This document shows, in pieces, positions 39,601-50,323 of a DNA stretch of 64,000 bases. This stretch comes from Candidatus Latescibacterota bacterium (lineage in GTDB: Bacteria; Latescibacterota; UBA2968; UBA8231). Every line of letters starts with the position of its first letter. Positions within the stretch are counted from its first letter, which is position 1. The position numbers were made by a program, and so were the translations under genes. The notes beneath the pieces are model-generated. The model was not told where the DNA came from. It saw nothing but the letters and a program-made list of their open reading frames with translations, and did no database searches. The DNA lies in contig OZ253462.1 of NCBI GenBank assembly GCA_965261395.1, positions 2,752,001 through 2,816,000 of the forward strand. The letters run 5' to 3'.

Positions 39601-41364
39601 ATGGCTCCGCGCCCCAACATCGTCTTCGTCCTCACCGACGACCAAGGCTACGGCGACTTGGGCTGCCACGGCAACAGCGCGATCCGCACGCCCTGCCTCG
39701 ACCGCTTCCACCAAGACGCCGTGCGCTTCACCGACTACCACGTCGGCTCCACCTGCGCCCCCACCCGCGCCGGCCTTCTCACCGGCCACTACTGCAATAG
39801 CGCCGGCGTCTGGCACACCATCGGCGGTCGGTCGCTGTTGCGCGCCGACGAGTGGACCCTCGCCGACGCGCTCACTGGCGCTGGCTACCGCACCGGGCAC
39901 TTCGGCAAGTGGCACCTCGGCGACAGCCCGCCCTACCGTCCGCACGAGCGCGGCTTTGCCGAATCCGTGTACCATGCCGGCGGCGGCATCGGCAACACGG
40001 GCGACGCCTGGGGCAACGACTACTTTGACGACACCTATTTCAAAAACGGCATCCCCACCCCGTACGAAGGCTACTGCACGGATGTATTCTTCCGCGAGGG
40101 TCGGCGCTTTATCGCAGAAAACGCCGACGCGCCCTTTTTCTGTTACATCGCCACCAACGCGCCGCACGGGCCGCTCAACATCGCGCCGCACTACGTCGAG
40201 CAATACCGCGACGCCACTCCGCACGAAGAGCGCGCCCGCTTCTACGGCATGATCACCAACATCGACGAGAACTTCGGCCAGTTGCAGGCCACGCTCAACG
40301 AGTTGGGCATTGCCGATAATACCATCCTCATCTTTATGACCGACAACGGCACGGCCACGGGCGTCGAATTAGACGCCGATCAGTTCCCCCGCGAAGGGCC
40401 GGGCAGCTACAACGCCGGAATGCGCGGCAAAAAAGGCTCTCAGTACGAAGGCGGCCACCGCGTGCCCTTCCTCATCCGCTACCCCAACGGGCACATCGCC
40501 GGCGGCCGCGACATCGACGCGCTGACCAGCTACGTGGATTTTATGCCAACCCTGCTCGACTTGTGCGGGGTCGAGGTCCCAGCCGGACGCACCTTCCACG
40601 GCCAGAGCCTAGCGCCGTTGCTGCGCGGCGCAGACGATGCAACTTGGGCCGACCGCGTCAACGTCTGCGACACCCAGCGCGTGGCCGATCCGGTCAAATG
40701 GCGCAAGAGCGCGGTGATGAAGGGCAAGTGGCGACTCATCGACGGTCGCGCGCTCTACGACCTCGGTGCGGATCCCGGGCAACAGCAGGACATCGCCGCC
40801 ACGCATCCCGACACCGTCGCCGAGCTGCGCGCTGCGTACGATGACTGGTGGGAGCTCGTATCCGAGCAGTTCGACCGCGACGAGCCGATGGCCCTCGGGG
40901 GAGATGACCAACCGGTCAAACTCACCACCCATGACATCCGCAATGAGGCGTGTAACGCAGTCTGGAATCAGCGCCAAGTTCGCGCCGGACAGGTCACGAG
41001 CGGTTTTTGGGCCGTTGATGTCAAAGAGGCGGGCCGCTACCAGATTGAACTGCGGCGCTGGCCCGAGGAAACCGGCTATGCGCTTGCTGCGGGGATTGAG
41101 GGCGATGACAGCGGCTGGTACCGCGATGGTATCCAGCCGAAAGATGCTCCGGCCTACGAAGGCGGGATCGCTCTCGCCCTCGGCTGGGCGCAGCTATCCA
41201 TCGGCGGCCAGAACCTCCAGCAAGAAGTCGATCCCTCCGCGACTAGCGCTTGCTTTGAGATCGACCTCGCCGCTGGCCTCGACCGACTCTACGCCTCGTT
41301 CTACGACCACGCCGAGCGGACCATCGCCCCTTATTATGTGTACGTGCGGAGGCTGTCGGTCTAG
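39601..41364 (+). CDS. Arylsulfatase
   Basis: PNIVFVLTDDQGYGD, CAPTRAGLLTG, GKWHLG, TDNG, YEGGHRVP. Confidence 0.95.
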   Translation: MAPRPNIVFVLTDDQGYGDLGCHGNSAIRTPCLDRFHQDAVRFTDYHVGSTCAPTRAGLLTGHYCNSAGVWHTIGGRSLLRADEWTLADALTGAGYRTGHFGKWHLGDSPPYRPHERGFAESVYHAGGGIGNTGDAWGNDYFDDTYFKNGIPTPYEGYCTDVFFREGRRFIAENADAPFFCYIATNAPHGPLNIAPHYVEQYRDATPHEERARFYGMITNIDENFGQLQATLNELGIADNTILIFMTDNGTATGVELDADQFPREGPGSYNAGMRGKKGSQYEGGHRVPFLIRYPNGHIAGGRDIDALTSYVDFMPTLLDLCGVEVPAGRTFHGQSLAPLLRGADDATWADRVNVCDTQRVADPVKWRKSAVMKGKWRLIDGRALYDLGADPGQQQDIAATHPDTVAELRAAYDDWWELVSEQFDRDEPMALGGDDQPVKLTTHDIRNEACNAVWNQRQVRAGQVTSGFWAVDVKEAGRYQIELRRWPEETGYALAAGIEGDDSGWYRDGIQPKDAPAYEGGIALALGWAQLSIGGQNLQQEVDPSATSACFEIDLAAGLDRLYASFYDHAERTIAPYYVYVRRLSV

Positions 41365-41496
41365 GGCGTATGTAGCAGATTTTTTAATAATGAAGACCGC
41401 GCTTCCCTTTTGGTCATTCATTCCCGGGATGGCCGTCACCAGCCGACAATGGCGGCACGTCCTTCCCGGTTAATTGGCCTACCCCTTCCAGCGCGG

Positions 41497-41676
41497 CTAC
41501 CCATCGGTTGGCGAGTCGGCGGGAACAGGTCTTGGCGACAACGAGACAATCTCATGGTCGCTTTTTTTTTCTGACTCGCGAGCAGCGCGGCAAATGGCCT
41601 TGATGTCGTAATGATACCGCGCCGCATACTCTTCGCGTACGCGCCGGACTTCTTCAACGATTGGATCGCGCCACAT
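41497..41676 (-). CDS. Small partner/antitoxin of PIN toxin
   Basis: MWRDPIVEEVRRVREEYAAR; RBS GGAGG at the end of the PIN gene. Confidence 0.7.
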   Translation of the reverse strand: MWRDPIVEEVRRVREEYAARYHYDIKAICRAARESEKKSDHEIVSLSPRPVPADSPTDG

Positions 41677-41680
41677 GGTG

Positions 41681-42154
41681 TTAGACCTCCATGAGTTCTT
41701 GGGGGGTACAGATAGTTGGTGGTTCGTACCCAAAGGATCGGCAAATGGCCTCAATTCGAGGACGAAGTACAGCATTGGCAATATGCGTACAATTCCAGGT
41801 TAGCAGGTATTCCATGTCGCAAACGGTCGCAATTGAGATGTGTAAGGCATCCACTTGGGCCTTCTCAGATAGAGGCACTTGGCGGACCAACGCATCGGCT
41901 AAAGTCTCAACTGATTCGGTGACAGCAAGTTGCCGGATAGCAGCGATCATATCCAAACGCGCTTTCGCGAGAACCGCGTCTCCCGCTATACACTCATTGA
42001 TGACAAATTGCGAAATGAAAAGGTCAAAATTTTCGCGGCGGTCGTTCCACCAATCGTGGGTCAATTGCTGGTTTGCCGCCGTGACCAAATCACGACTCGG
42101 TCTCGATGTGAGATAACTGATGAAGCTGGTTTCGATGTAAACTGTAGATTTCAT
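41681..42154 (-). CDS. PIN-domain (VapC-like) toxin
   Basis: VYIETSFISYL...DALHISIA...YLLTWNCTHIAN...ICTPQEL. Confidence 0.9.
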   Translation of the reverse strand: MKSTVYIETSFISYLTSRPSRDLVTAANQQLTHDWWNDRRENFDLFISQFVINECIAGDAVLAKARLDMIAAIRQLAVTESVETLADALVRQVPLSEKAQVDALHISIATVCDMEYLLTWNCTHIANAVLRPRIEAICRSFGYEPPTICTPQELMEV

Positions 42155-42164
42155 AATCTTGGAA

Positions 42165-45100
42165 TCACTTAGCCTCAACCGATTCGCCGTTATTTTCCAT
42201 ATCGGCATACGCTCTGTCAAGCTCTTGCTGAATTGCGAGCGTGATTCCTATAGCCGTCACCATTCGGCAGTAAGTGCGGATGTCGTCGAGGTCGAGGCGG
42301 CGGTCTCTGCGATCTTTCAACCACTTATCGCAGACTTGGTAGCCGCCAATCTGATATTCCTGAACTTCCAAGGCAACAGGACCGAAGTACTGCGTCTTGT
42401 TGACGTACATGCGTTGTTCTCCGGCGTCATAGCGAAAGCCCTGTGCCTTCGTCCGTGCAACGACCGCGTTGCCTTCGCCCTCAAACCGGCAGGTCGGCGG
42501 GTCGAGTTCCGGCGACTTGAGAAGATGCAGGTCGGCCAATCGAGTGCCGAGAGCGGCGAAGTTGGTAAACAACGCTCTGTCCTTTGTGAACGGAATGCGC
42601 GGGAAGTCGGTCCGCAGAAACTCGGCGTATTGCTCGCGGTAGGAAGGAGCATATAGAATGGCGTATATATAGTGGAAAATTTCCTCGGGTGAGGGTGCTC
42701 GGCCATGCGCCTCTGTTAGAGCTGCGATTAGTTTGGAGTTCAGGTTCGGTCGTCGGTCGTCGGCGGTGAGATAAAGAAGGTAGAGGGGGAAGTTGTAATC
42801 GATGGTCTTCAGCGAAACAGCGACATGTCCGGAGATGCCGGCTGAGACGAAAGCGTGTTGCCAAGTTCCCACATGCTCAACACGCTTCGGCACCATTAGT
42901 GCCAGATTCTCCCCGGCCAGCATGTGCCGCATGATTGTGCTTGGCCTGGAGATGAACCCGTTTGACCGACCGGTATAATAGGTGTGGCGCACGTCAAAGG
43001 GCCGATACAGGATTGGAACCACTTTTTCGCGTGTGGGGCCGGAAGCGAGCAAGTCTTTCTGTGCCATCGTCACTTTCCAGCCCTGTGCATCTTTGCCGAG
43101 TTGGAAAGTATGACGGGCCAGTTCCGGGTCCATCCCCGAAAAGAGGATGACGGTATCCCACGATCTTGCTCTGACCAGCAAATCGTCAGGCGGTCGCGCG
43201 CGGTCACGATGCCGACATTGTTGACTGGGAATACATCGGGAATGGAAACAAACCGGCGATACTTGGCTTCGAGCGCATCATCACGCGGCGCGAACAGATA
43301 GGACGGCGAGGCCGGGTTTATCTGTTGCCATTCGGTATTGCCTCGGTTATGGGCAGCCAGCCAGTCATACTTGCCCTCACGGGTTCCGTATAGCTCGGCG
43401 TGATGGACCCGAGTATCGCACTCTTTTTTGCTGTTGCGCTTGACGAAAAAGGCAATGGCCACACCCTGCCGAATATCAAAGACGTTCTGGTCCAAACTCC
43501 CACCGGGGCCAGTTTCCTTCTTCAGCGAATTGCCGTGCAGATCGAGAATATAGATGTCGTCGAAAGTGTGCATCAGGCTCTGGCGCATGCCGCGAAAGGT
43601 TGGGTTGTCGAGGTAGCTGTGGTTGGTGATCATGCCGACGACGACGCGTCCGGCTTGCTCAATTTTCCACTGGGCAAAACGGAGAAACTTGACGTAATCG
43701 TCCTGGAGCCATTTAGGCTGTTTTTCACCCAGCGGCTTTCCATCCACCTGCTTGTAATCCTCAATCAACTCCCGTATCCAGTCCCCCTTGTTACTCGAAT
43801 CGCCCGAATAGGGCGGATTGCCGAGGATGAGCAGGATCGGCGTCTGTCTCTTGACTTCGCCCGCCAAGCGGGATTCCGCGGCTAAGGCAGAAAGGCCGGG
43901 CAAACGGCTCTCTTCCAGTTCGTCTGTGTCGAGGGTATTGGTAAGATAGAAAGGAACGCGCTCGTCGTTGGCGAGACGGTGGCCGAGTTCCTCCAGAAAA
44001 AAGCTCATCTTGAGGTGGCCGACCGCGTAGGGTGCCATCATCAACTCAAGGGCATAGAAATTCTGGAGGATATGCCGACGGATAAAATCCTCTTTTCCGC
44101 CGCTGCCGTACTTGGCCTCAAACTCGGCGACAGCTTCTTGGGCGGCACGAGCGACAAAAGTCATGGTGCCCGCCGCTGGATCGAGCAACGTCACACCATC
44201 AGAGGCGAGACCGTCGCGCTTGTCGAATTCCGTCTTGAGTAGGCCGTGCAGGGAACGCACGATGTAGCCAACTACTGATTCGGGCGTGTAATACACCCCC
44301 CGCCGCTCACGCTCGTCGGGATCGTATTGCGCCAAGAAAGTCTCGTAGAAATGCACGATCGGATCGCTGCCCTTGCCCTCGCGGTAGTAGGCATTGAGAA
44401 TGCCGGGCGCGTCGGCCACGGCCAGGACTTCGGCGAGGTCGTCAACGCACCAAGCGAGCGGATCGGGCAAGTCGTCGAGCGAGATGAAGCGGAACAAATC
44501 GCGCAGGACGCCGATGGTGTGCGGGATGTTGTCGAACGCGGCGCGCCGATTGAAGCCATCGCCGGCGCGGGTGCGGGCGGCGAACAGGCCATAGGTAATG
44601 GTCTGGGCGAACAGATCAGCGAAATCTTCGGGCGTCAGCGAGCCAATGAGGTAGGTTTGGAAAGCCTCGAAGAAGCCGGCGAGCATACCGGGATTCGCCT
44701 GTTCCTGTTGGAACTGCTCGCCGATCACATCGCGGAGGAGGCGCGTGCGTTTGGCCAGTTCGACAGCGAGAGATTCGGCGGTAAACGTCTGGGGTAGCGC
44801 AAAGTCCAAGAAGCGGTCGAGCAAGGCGTAGAGTTCATCTGGGTTTTCGAGCGGGGGCGTGGTGTGCACTGCGTTGAGTATAAAGGGCCGACCTGCCAGG
44901 ACCGTCTGGACGAGATCGCCGTTCCGATACAGGCGGAATTCGAGAAAGTTGGTGAGGATAAGGTTCGGAAACGTAGCGCGATAGCGTTTGAGTTGTTCGG
45001 AATTTCCGATACTATCCAGCCGCTCTTCGGTCGGCTTCTTCGCCTCGACATAGCCGATGATCCGGTCCGTCCCATTCCAGAGACGGAAGTCTGGGTTGCC

Positions 45101-45277
45101 GCCCTCGGTGGGTCTGGGAAGTGTGGTGACGTGTACGTCCGTCTTCCCGGTGGCGCAGGCCATTTCCTTCAGCATATCTGCCAGCGCTGGGTAGAAGCTC
45201 TCCTCCCGTGCGTCGCCTTGGCGAGCTACGGCGGCGAGGGTTTTCAAATACGTTGAAAAGAGGGTTTTCTTGCTCAC
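42165..45277 (-). pseudogene. Type ISP/IIG-like restriction-modification enzyme (N6-adenine MTase), one frameshift near 43162
   Basis: N-terminal PD..EAK nuclease, GVYYTP, LLDPAAGT, GNPPY; C-terminal YRPFD...YQIGGYQV..KWLKDR in a second frame. Confidence 0.88.
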
Positions 45278-45319
45278 AAGATTATCCTGTTGCCGGGTAA
45301 CGATAAAGTTACCGACTTG

Positions 45320-46060
45320 TTAGGCAGCGAGTGTGTAACCAAGTGCATCCGATAGGCGCGCTACAAAAGACTTATCAGCAGAATCAACTGATGCATACCA
45401 TTCTGATAGGTAGCCCTCAAGTCTTGCCCGAGAAGACGGAAATCTGCCAATAGAATTCCATCCCATGGGATCACTCTCGAAGATGGGCAAAAGAGTGTAT
45501 GCCACCAATGTATTCTTATCTCTCTGATAAGGACACTTGCGTAACTCCTCCTCGTGAGACAATAGCCAAGTCGGAAGAGTGACGCCTGCAGGTAGCTGCA
45601 ACTCTTGACAGGAAAGATGTTCTTGCACGTAGCTCTTCAAAGATTCTGCGTAGTCTGCCCAACTAGGGTAAGGTGGATTGGTACGCCATCGCTCCGCCAT
45701 CCTTCGAAGAGTAAAAACGGAAGCAATTTCGCAGATTGTCTCGTGAAACCAATTGTTTGGATTGTCTCTCAGACACTCGTGGCGAGATAGGACATGACAA
45801 AACTCGTGCGAGAATTGGTATGCAAATTGGCACCATAATCGATTACGGGTGTTGAGCTGAATGACGAATGGCTCGTGTGGAGAGCAACGATAAAGAGCAC
45901 GAGGCGTTTCATCATTGGGTGGTGCAGCTTTGACATAAATCTCTCCAGCAAAAGGAATTCTGAGCAATTGATTCAGGTGAGATGCCGTGTCTTCCAGCAA
46001 TATCTTGATGTCGCAGAGTTGAGCATCACCCCAATCACTCGGTAAAACCGAGAGTTGCAT
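45320..46060 (-). CDS. Hypothetical protein with HExxH zinc-peptidase-like motif
   Basis: AYQFSHEFCH...WFHETICEIAS; lower GC than the backbone. Confidence 0.65.
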   Translation of the reverse strand: MQLSVLPSDWGDAQLCDIKILLEDTASHLNQLLRIPFAGEIYVKAAPPNDETPRALYRCSPHEPFVIQLNTRNRLWCQFAYQFSHEFCHVLSRHECLRDNPNNWFHETICEIASVFTLRRMAERWRTNPPYPSWADYAESLKSYVQEHLSCQELQLPAGVTLPTWLLSHEEELRKCPYQRDKNTLVAYTLLPIFESDPMGWNSIGRFPSSRARLEGYLSEWYASVDSADKSFVARLSDALGYTLAA

Positions 46061-46214
46061 ATGTGTCTCGCTTCCTGATGATCTGGCAGTCAGTGTACTC
46101 GATTAACGTGTCACTGACTGCCCGTGTTAGTTGTCGACTTTCGCCAACGTGCGTGGCTCGAATTGGCTCCAATTTATACCACTTCTATTGCAGTGCCTTC
46201 TAATACTCTTGGAT

Positions 46215-46357
46215 TCATTCCCGCTCCTTGCGTATCCATCCCCAGAACAGATTATCGCGCTGATGGCCCGCCGCCAAGTATTCGGCCTTGAGTTGTGAGC
46301 GCGCGTCGCCGGCGTAGTCGGTCACGGGTTGGCCCTGCGCGTCCAGCGCGAGGCCGT
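46215..46357 (-). pseudogene. 3' fragment paralogous to 48926..49261
   Basis: Encodes GLALDAQGQPVTDYAGDARSQLKAEYLAAGHQRDNLFWGWIRKERE; in-frame stop upstream. Confidence 0.8.
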
Positions 46358-46454
46358 GATGTTGTCCAGATACAGCACGTTCCTAGGCTGCCATAAGTTC
46401 ATCTTTGTGCAGTTCAATCCACTCTTGTAAAACCGGGACCGACCCCCACCCCGC

Positions 46455-48842
46455 CTAGCGCACCAGCAGCAACTTGCGCGTCTGCCTCTCGCTTCCAGCC
46501 CGTAGCTGGTACAAATACAATCCCGAAGCCAGCGGACGCCCCTGCCCATCGCGGCCATCCCAATGCAACACGTACCGGCCAGCGGCCCGGTGGCCACTGA
46601 CCAAGGTCGCCACGTGCTGACCTGTGAGAGTATAGATTTTCAACTCGACCTCTTGAGCGCGGTCGAGGGTATAGCGGATCGCGGTTTGGCTGTTGAACGG
46701 ATTGGGGAAATTCTGCTCTAGGCCAAAGTGCTGCGGAGTCGCGTCTTCGCGTGCCTCGCGGACGACAGTCGGCCCGGCAAACTCTGTGCGCACCAGCCGC
46801 AAATCGTCGATGTAAAAGCGCCCTTCTAGGTTGGTAGCAAAGCGCACGGTCTCTATCGGCTGGTCGAGAGTACCGAACGCGCTTAAGGGGACTTCAATCA
46901 CCTGCCACTCCTTGCGCCCCAAATCCAACTCGGAATCGCCTGCTCCTTCGCCCAAAAGCACGACCTGCTGGAAGCGACCGCTTTCCAACATCACCTCGAC
47001 CACATCGCCTTCGGCTGGCACCACATCGCCGGGATGGATCGCCAGTCGCAGCGCCCGATAGCCTATCGTCTCGATAGGTGCCGGCGGCTCCATGTCTAGC
47101 TGCCAAGGCAACAGCCGCGTCAGGGGATCGGCCGTCAGCACGCCAGCCGCGGTGCCAGTAAAAACCGGGCCGCTCCCATCGAACTCAAAGCTGTCCAAGC
47201 CCAAACCGGCATTTGCGGTCCAGCCCAGAGCCAACTCGTCATCGACGATCGCCAAGTCTTCGGCTGGCAGCACCACCAGCGTGCGCGAGAGCGCGATTTC
47301 AAACGGGCCTTCCGAGGTATTCTGCGCCACGCGCACCACGATTTGCTTGCGGCCGTTGGTCTCTGCTCCCGCCAATGCGGCCTCCAGCCGATAACGCCCG
47401 TCGCCTAAATCGGTAAGCGGCGTTTCGGCGCTGCCGCCCAAGTCACTCAGATCGGCTACCGCTACCGGCTCGGCAGCTTCCCGGTCAAAGCGCGTCAGCG
47501 CGATCGCGGCGGCCAAATCGAGCGGCTGACCGGCCAAGATCGTATCCGGCGGCTCAGCTTCCCACTGGCCCATCAGCGGCCCAACCCGCACCCGGAAAAC
47601 CGCTTGGGTCGTGTGATCGCTGGAGACGTAGAGCACCCCTTGGGCGTCGCTTTCCAGACCCACGGGCTTACCCCATACCCTGTTGCTACCCGGATTGGGG
47701 CGGAAGCCGGTGAGAAAGTCGCCTACCTGGGCATTTTGCCCGTCCGGGTCGCTGAACACCGCCATCACCTTATGGCCTAGGTCGTTGCCCCGCACACCGG
47801 CACGAAGCGCGACAAAGGCTTGGTTGTGATATTCGGAGGGAAATTGGTCCCCGGTGTAAAAGTGAATCGCCATCGGCACCGTGTGAGCCGCGACCGTGGC
47901 GACCGGCTGCGGCATGCGCTCCACATCGAGCGTGTCTTGGCGCGTAAAGGGCGCAATTGAGCGGAAGTATTCGTCGACCTCAAAGTCAATCCACGCTTGG
48001 TAGCCGTGCGCCAGCGGCCAGCCGTAGAACCCGCCCTCGCGCACGATGACAATGGTCTCAGGGGGCAAGTCCCGCCCGTTGGGAAAGCGGTCGCGGTCGT
48101 GGCCGTTGTTGGTCGCCCACAACGCGCCGGTGAGCGGATGCAGCGCCAAGCCTATGGCATTGCGCAAACCGCTGGCGAAAATCCGTCGTCTCGTGCCGTC
48201 GAGGTTAAAAGCCAGCACGGCAGCGCGCTCGGGATCGCTTTCGCGGCACAGATCGCAGGAGGACCCTTGATGCACGTATATCCGCTCGTTGGCCTCGTCG
48301 AAGACGATGGTGTGCGTAACGTGCTCGGCTCCACCCAAGCCGGGGATCCACGTCGCCAAATTGGCGATAAAGACTTCGCGCTCTTCGTAAAAGCCGTCGC
48401 CATCGCCGTCCCTGAAGCGCACGACCTCCTCGGTATCGGCCACGTACATAGCCCCTTGATAAAAGGCCACGCTATTGGGCCACAGCAGATCGTCGGCCAC
48501 CGTCCGCACCTCGTCGGCGCGGCCATCGCGGTCGCGGTCGGGCAGCGCCACAACGCGCCCGGTGCGGTTGGGGTCGGCACTCCACTCGCTGTTGCCTCGG
48601 GTGCCCATGACGGCCACGTGCAGCACGCTATCCGGACTCCACGCCATCAGCCGCGCCTTGCCGATATCCTCGGCGAACAGCTCGACGACAAAACCGGGAG
48701 GGACGTTCAAGGTCCGATCCTCCATCCCCGCAACGGCGACCGGCTGGAGTTGAAGGTCGATTTTGGGGGACAGATAGACCTCACCGGGCGCTTGGGCATA
48801 GACGCTGCTGACGAGGAGACAAAGGGCGATAAGCAAACGCAT
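46455..48842 (-). CDS. Secreted PQQ-dependent sugar/sorbosone dehydrogenase-like protein with FlgD/T9SS-like C-terminal domain
   Basis: Signal peptide, GSSCDLCRE, ASGLRN, YGWP, GKPVG; LEQNFPNPFN...WDGRD.QG..LASGLY tail. Confidence 0.85.
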   Translation of the reverse strand: MRLLIALCLLVSSVYAQAPGEVYLSPKIDLQLQPVAVAGMEDRTLNVPPGFVVELFAEDIGKARLMAWSPDSVLHVAVMGTRGNSEWSADPNRTGRVVALPDRDRDGRADEVRTVADDLLWPNSVAFYQGAMYVADTEEVVRFRDGDGDGFYEEREVFIANLATWIPGLGGAEHVTHTIVFDEANERIYVHQGSSCDLCRESDPERAAVLAFNLDGTRRRIFASGLRNAIGLALHPLTGALWATNNGHDRDRFPNGRDLPPETIVIVREGGFYGWPLAHGYQAWIDFEVDEYFRSIAPFTRQDTLDVERMPQPVATVAAHTVPMAIHFYTGDQFPSEYHNQAFVALRAGVRGNDLGHKVMAVFSDPDGQNAQVGDFLTGFRPNPGSNRVWGKPVGLESDAQGVLYVSSDHTTQAVFRVRVGPLMGQWEAEPPDTILAGQPLDLAAAIALTRFDREAAEPVAVADLSDLGGSAETPLTDLGDGRYRLEAALAGAETNGRKQIVVRVAQNTSEGPFEIALSRTLVVLPAEDLAIVDDELALGWTANAGLGLDSFEFDGSGPVFTGTAAGVLTADPLTRLLPWQLDMEPPAPIETIGYRALRLAIHPGDVVPAEGDVVEVMLESGRFQQVVLLGEGAGDSELDLGRKEWQVIEVPLSAFGTLDQPIETVRFATNLEGRFYIDDLRLVRTEFAGPTVVREAREDATPQHFGLEQNFPNPFNSQTAIRYTLDRAQEVELKIYTLTGQHVATLVSGHRAAGRYVLHWDGRDGQGRPLASGLYLYQLRAGSERQTRKLLLVR

Positions 48843-48880
48843 CGTTGGAAACCTTTCTACAAATAAGGTAACATTCAGAC

Positions 48881-48928
48881 GTAGGGGCAGGGTTGCCCAC
48901 CCTCAGACGCCACGTAGGGCGACCCCTA
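48881..48928. repeat. Degenerate GTAG-type REP-like element
   Basis: GTAGGGGC...GTAGGGCGACCCCTA, intergenic. Confidence 0.4.
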
Positions 48929-49261
48929 TTCCTTGTGGACCCACCCCCAGAACAGATTGTCGCGCTCATTGCCCGCCGCCAAGTATGCAGCCTTGAGCTG
49001 CGACAGTGCGTCGCCGGCGTAGTCGGTCACAGGTCGGCCCTGTGTGTCCAGCGCGAGGCCGTATTGCCCGGCGGCGTTGATGCCAAAGATCGCGTTTTTC
49101 ACCGGGCCGTCGGCCGGGCCGAGCGGTGCTAGCTCAAGTTTGTCCTGCAAGTCGGGCGGCAACTCAATCCGGCGAAACGCCTCAATCTGCCATTGCGGCG
49201 AGCCAAACCAAATCGAATCCTTTCTCGTGCCTGAATATACGCCACAATAGCCGTAGCGCAT
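48926..49261 (-). CDS. Hypothetical protein
   Basis: 111-aa ORF. Its C-terminus is conserved at protein level in the 46.2-kb fragment. Confidence 0.6.
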   Translation of the reverse strand: MRYGYCGVYSGTRKDSIWFGSPQWQIEAFRRIELPPDLQDKLELAPLGPADGPVKNAIFGINAAGQYGLALDTQGRPVTDYAGDALSQLKAAYLAAGNERDNLFWGWVHKE

Positions 49262-49312
49262 TCATCCGCCGCGTCTTATTTTCCCGCACACACCTCACTC
49301 GGAGGATTCATC

Positions 49313-50314
49313 ATGCGCATCGGCATCATGGGCGTCCACTACGGCCACATCAGCGGCATGATCCAATCCGCTTTGCAGGCATCAAACGGCCAAATCGTCG
49401 GCTTGGTTGAAGACGACGACGCGCTCTGCGCGCGCTATTCATCCATCCCCCGCTTCGCCACCTTGGACGACATGATCGCCCGCGCCCGGCCCGAGCTAAT
49501 CCTCGAAGGCTTGATCCACCACGAGAAAACCGCGCTCGTGGAAACCTGCGCCCGCGCCGGCATTCACCTGCTCCTCGACAAACCCCTGTGCCGCACGCTC
49601 GACGACTGGGAGCGCATGCGCCGCGCCGTAGCCGCCAGCCCAATCCACGTGTCTATGTGGTTCACCTCGCGTAGCTATCCGCCGTTTATCGCCCTGCGCC
49701 AAGCCATCCGCGAAGGCGCGCTCGGGACCATCGCCAGCCTCATCTCCACCCACCCGCACAAGATCCGCCGCGCCACTGCTCCGGCTTGGTATTTCGACCC
49801 GGAGCAGTACACGGGCGCGTTCCACGACCTAGCTTGCCACGGCGTTGATCAAATCCGCTGGCTCACCAATGCTGAATGCGTCGGCGTCCACGCCCTCACC
49901 ACCTGCAAGCGGTTTACGGCGGAGCCGCGCTTAGACGACCACGTGCAGGCTTCCTTCGAGCTATCCGACGGCGCGTTGGCAACCCTTACCGCCGACTGGC
50001 TCACGCCCCAAGCCGCGCCCTCGTTTGGCGACACCCGCTTCATCGTCATGGGCACGGCCGGCTCGGCGCATCTGCGCGCCTATGCCGAAGACCATCTGCT
50101 CATCGCCACCAACGAGCGCGGCCCGTACGCGCCCGATTTGCCTGGAGACCAAGGCGGTGCGTTCGTCGCCAACCTGATCGACGCCATTGAACGCGGCACC
50201 GATCTCTTCATCCCCACCCGCTCGGTGTTCGCCACCGCCCAAGCCTGCCTGCTGGCCCAAGAGTCCGCCCGGCAAGGGGGCACCTTTCTCCGCATTCCAC
50301 CCTTTGCGCTATGA
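49313..50314 (+). CDS. Gfo/Idh/MocA oxidoreductase
   Basis: MRIGIMG, LLDKP, DLACHGVD. Confidence 0.88.
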   Translation: MRIGIMGVHYGHISGMIQSALQASNGQIVGLVEDDDALCARYSSIPRFATLDDMIARARPELILEGLIHHEKTALVETCARAGIHLLLDKPLCRTLDDWERMRRAVAASPIHVSMWFTSRSYPPFIALRQAIREGALGTIASLISTHPHKIRRATAPAWYFDPEQYTGAFHDLACHGVDQIRWLTNAECVGVHALTTCKRFTAEPRLDDHVQASFELSDGALATLTADWLTPQAAPSFGDTRFIVMGTAGSAHLRAYAEDHLLIATNERGPYAPDLPGDQGGAFVANLIDAIERGTDLFIPTRSVFATAQACLLAQESARQGGTFLRIPPFAL

Positions 50315-50323
50315 GCGATAACC

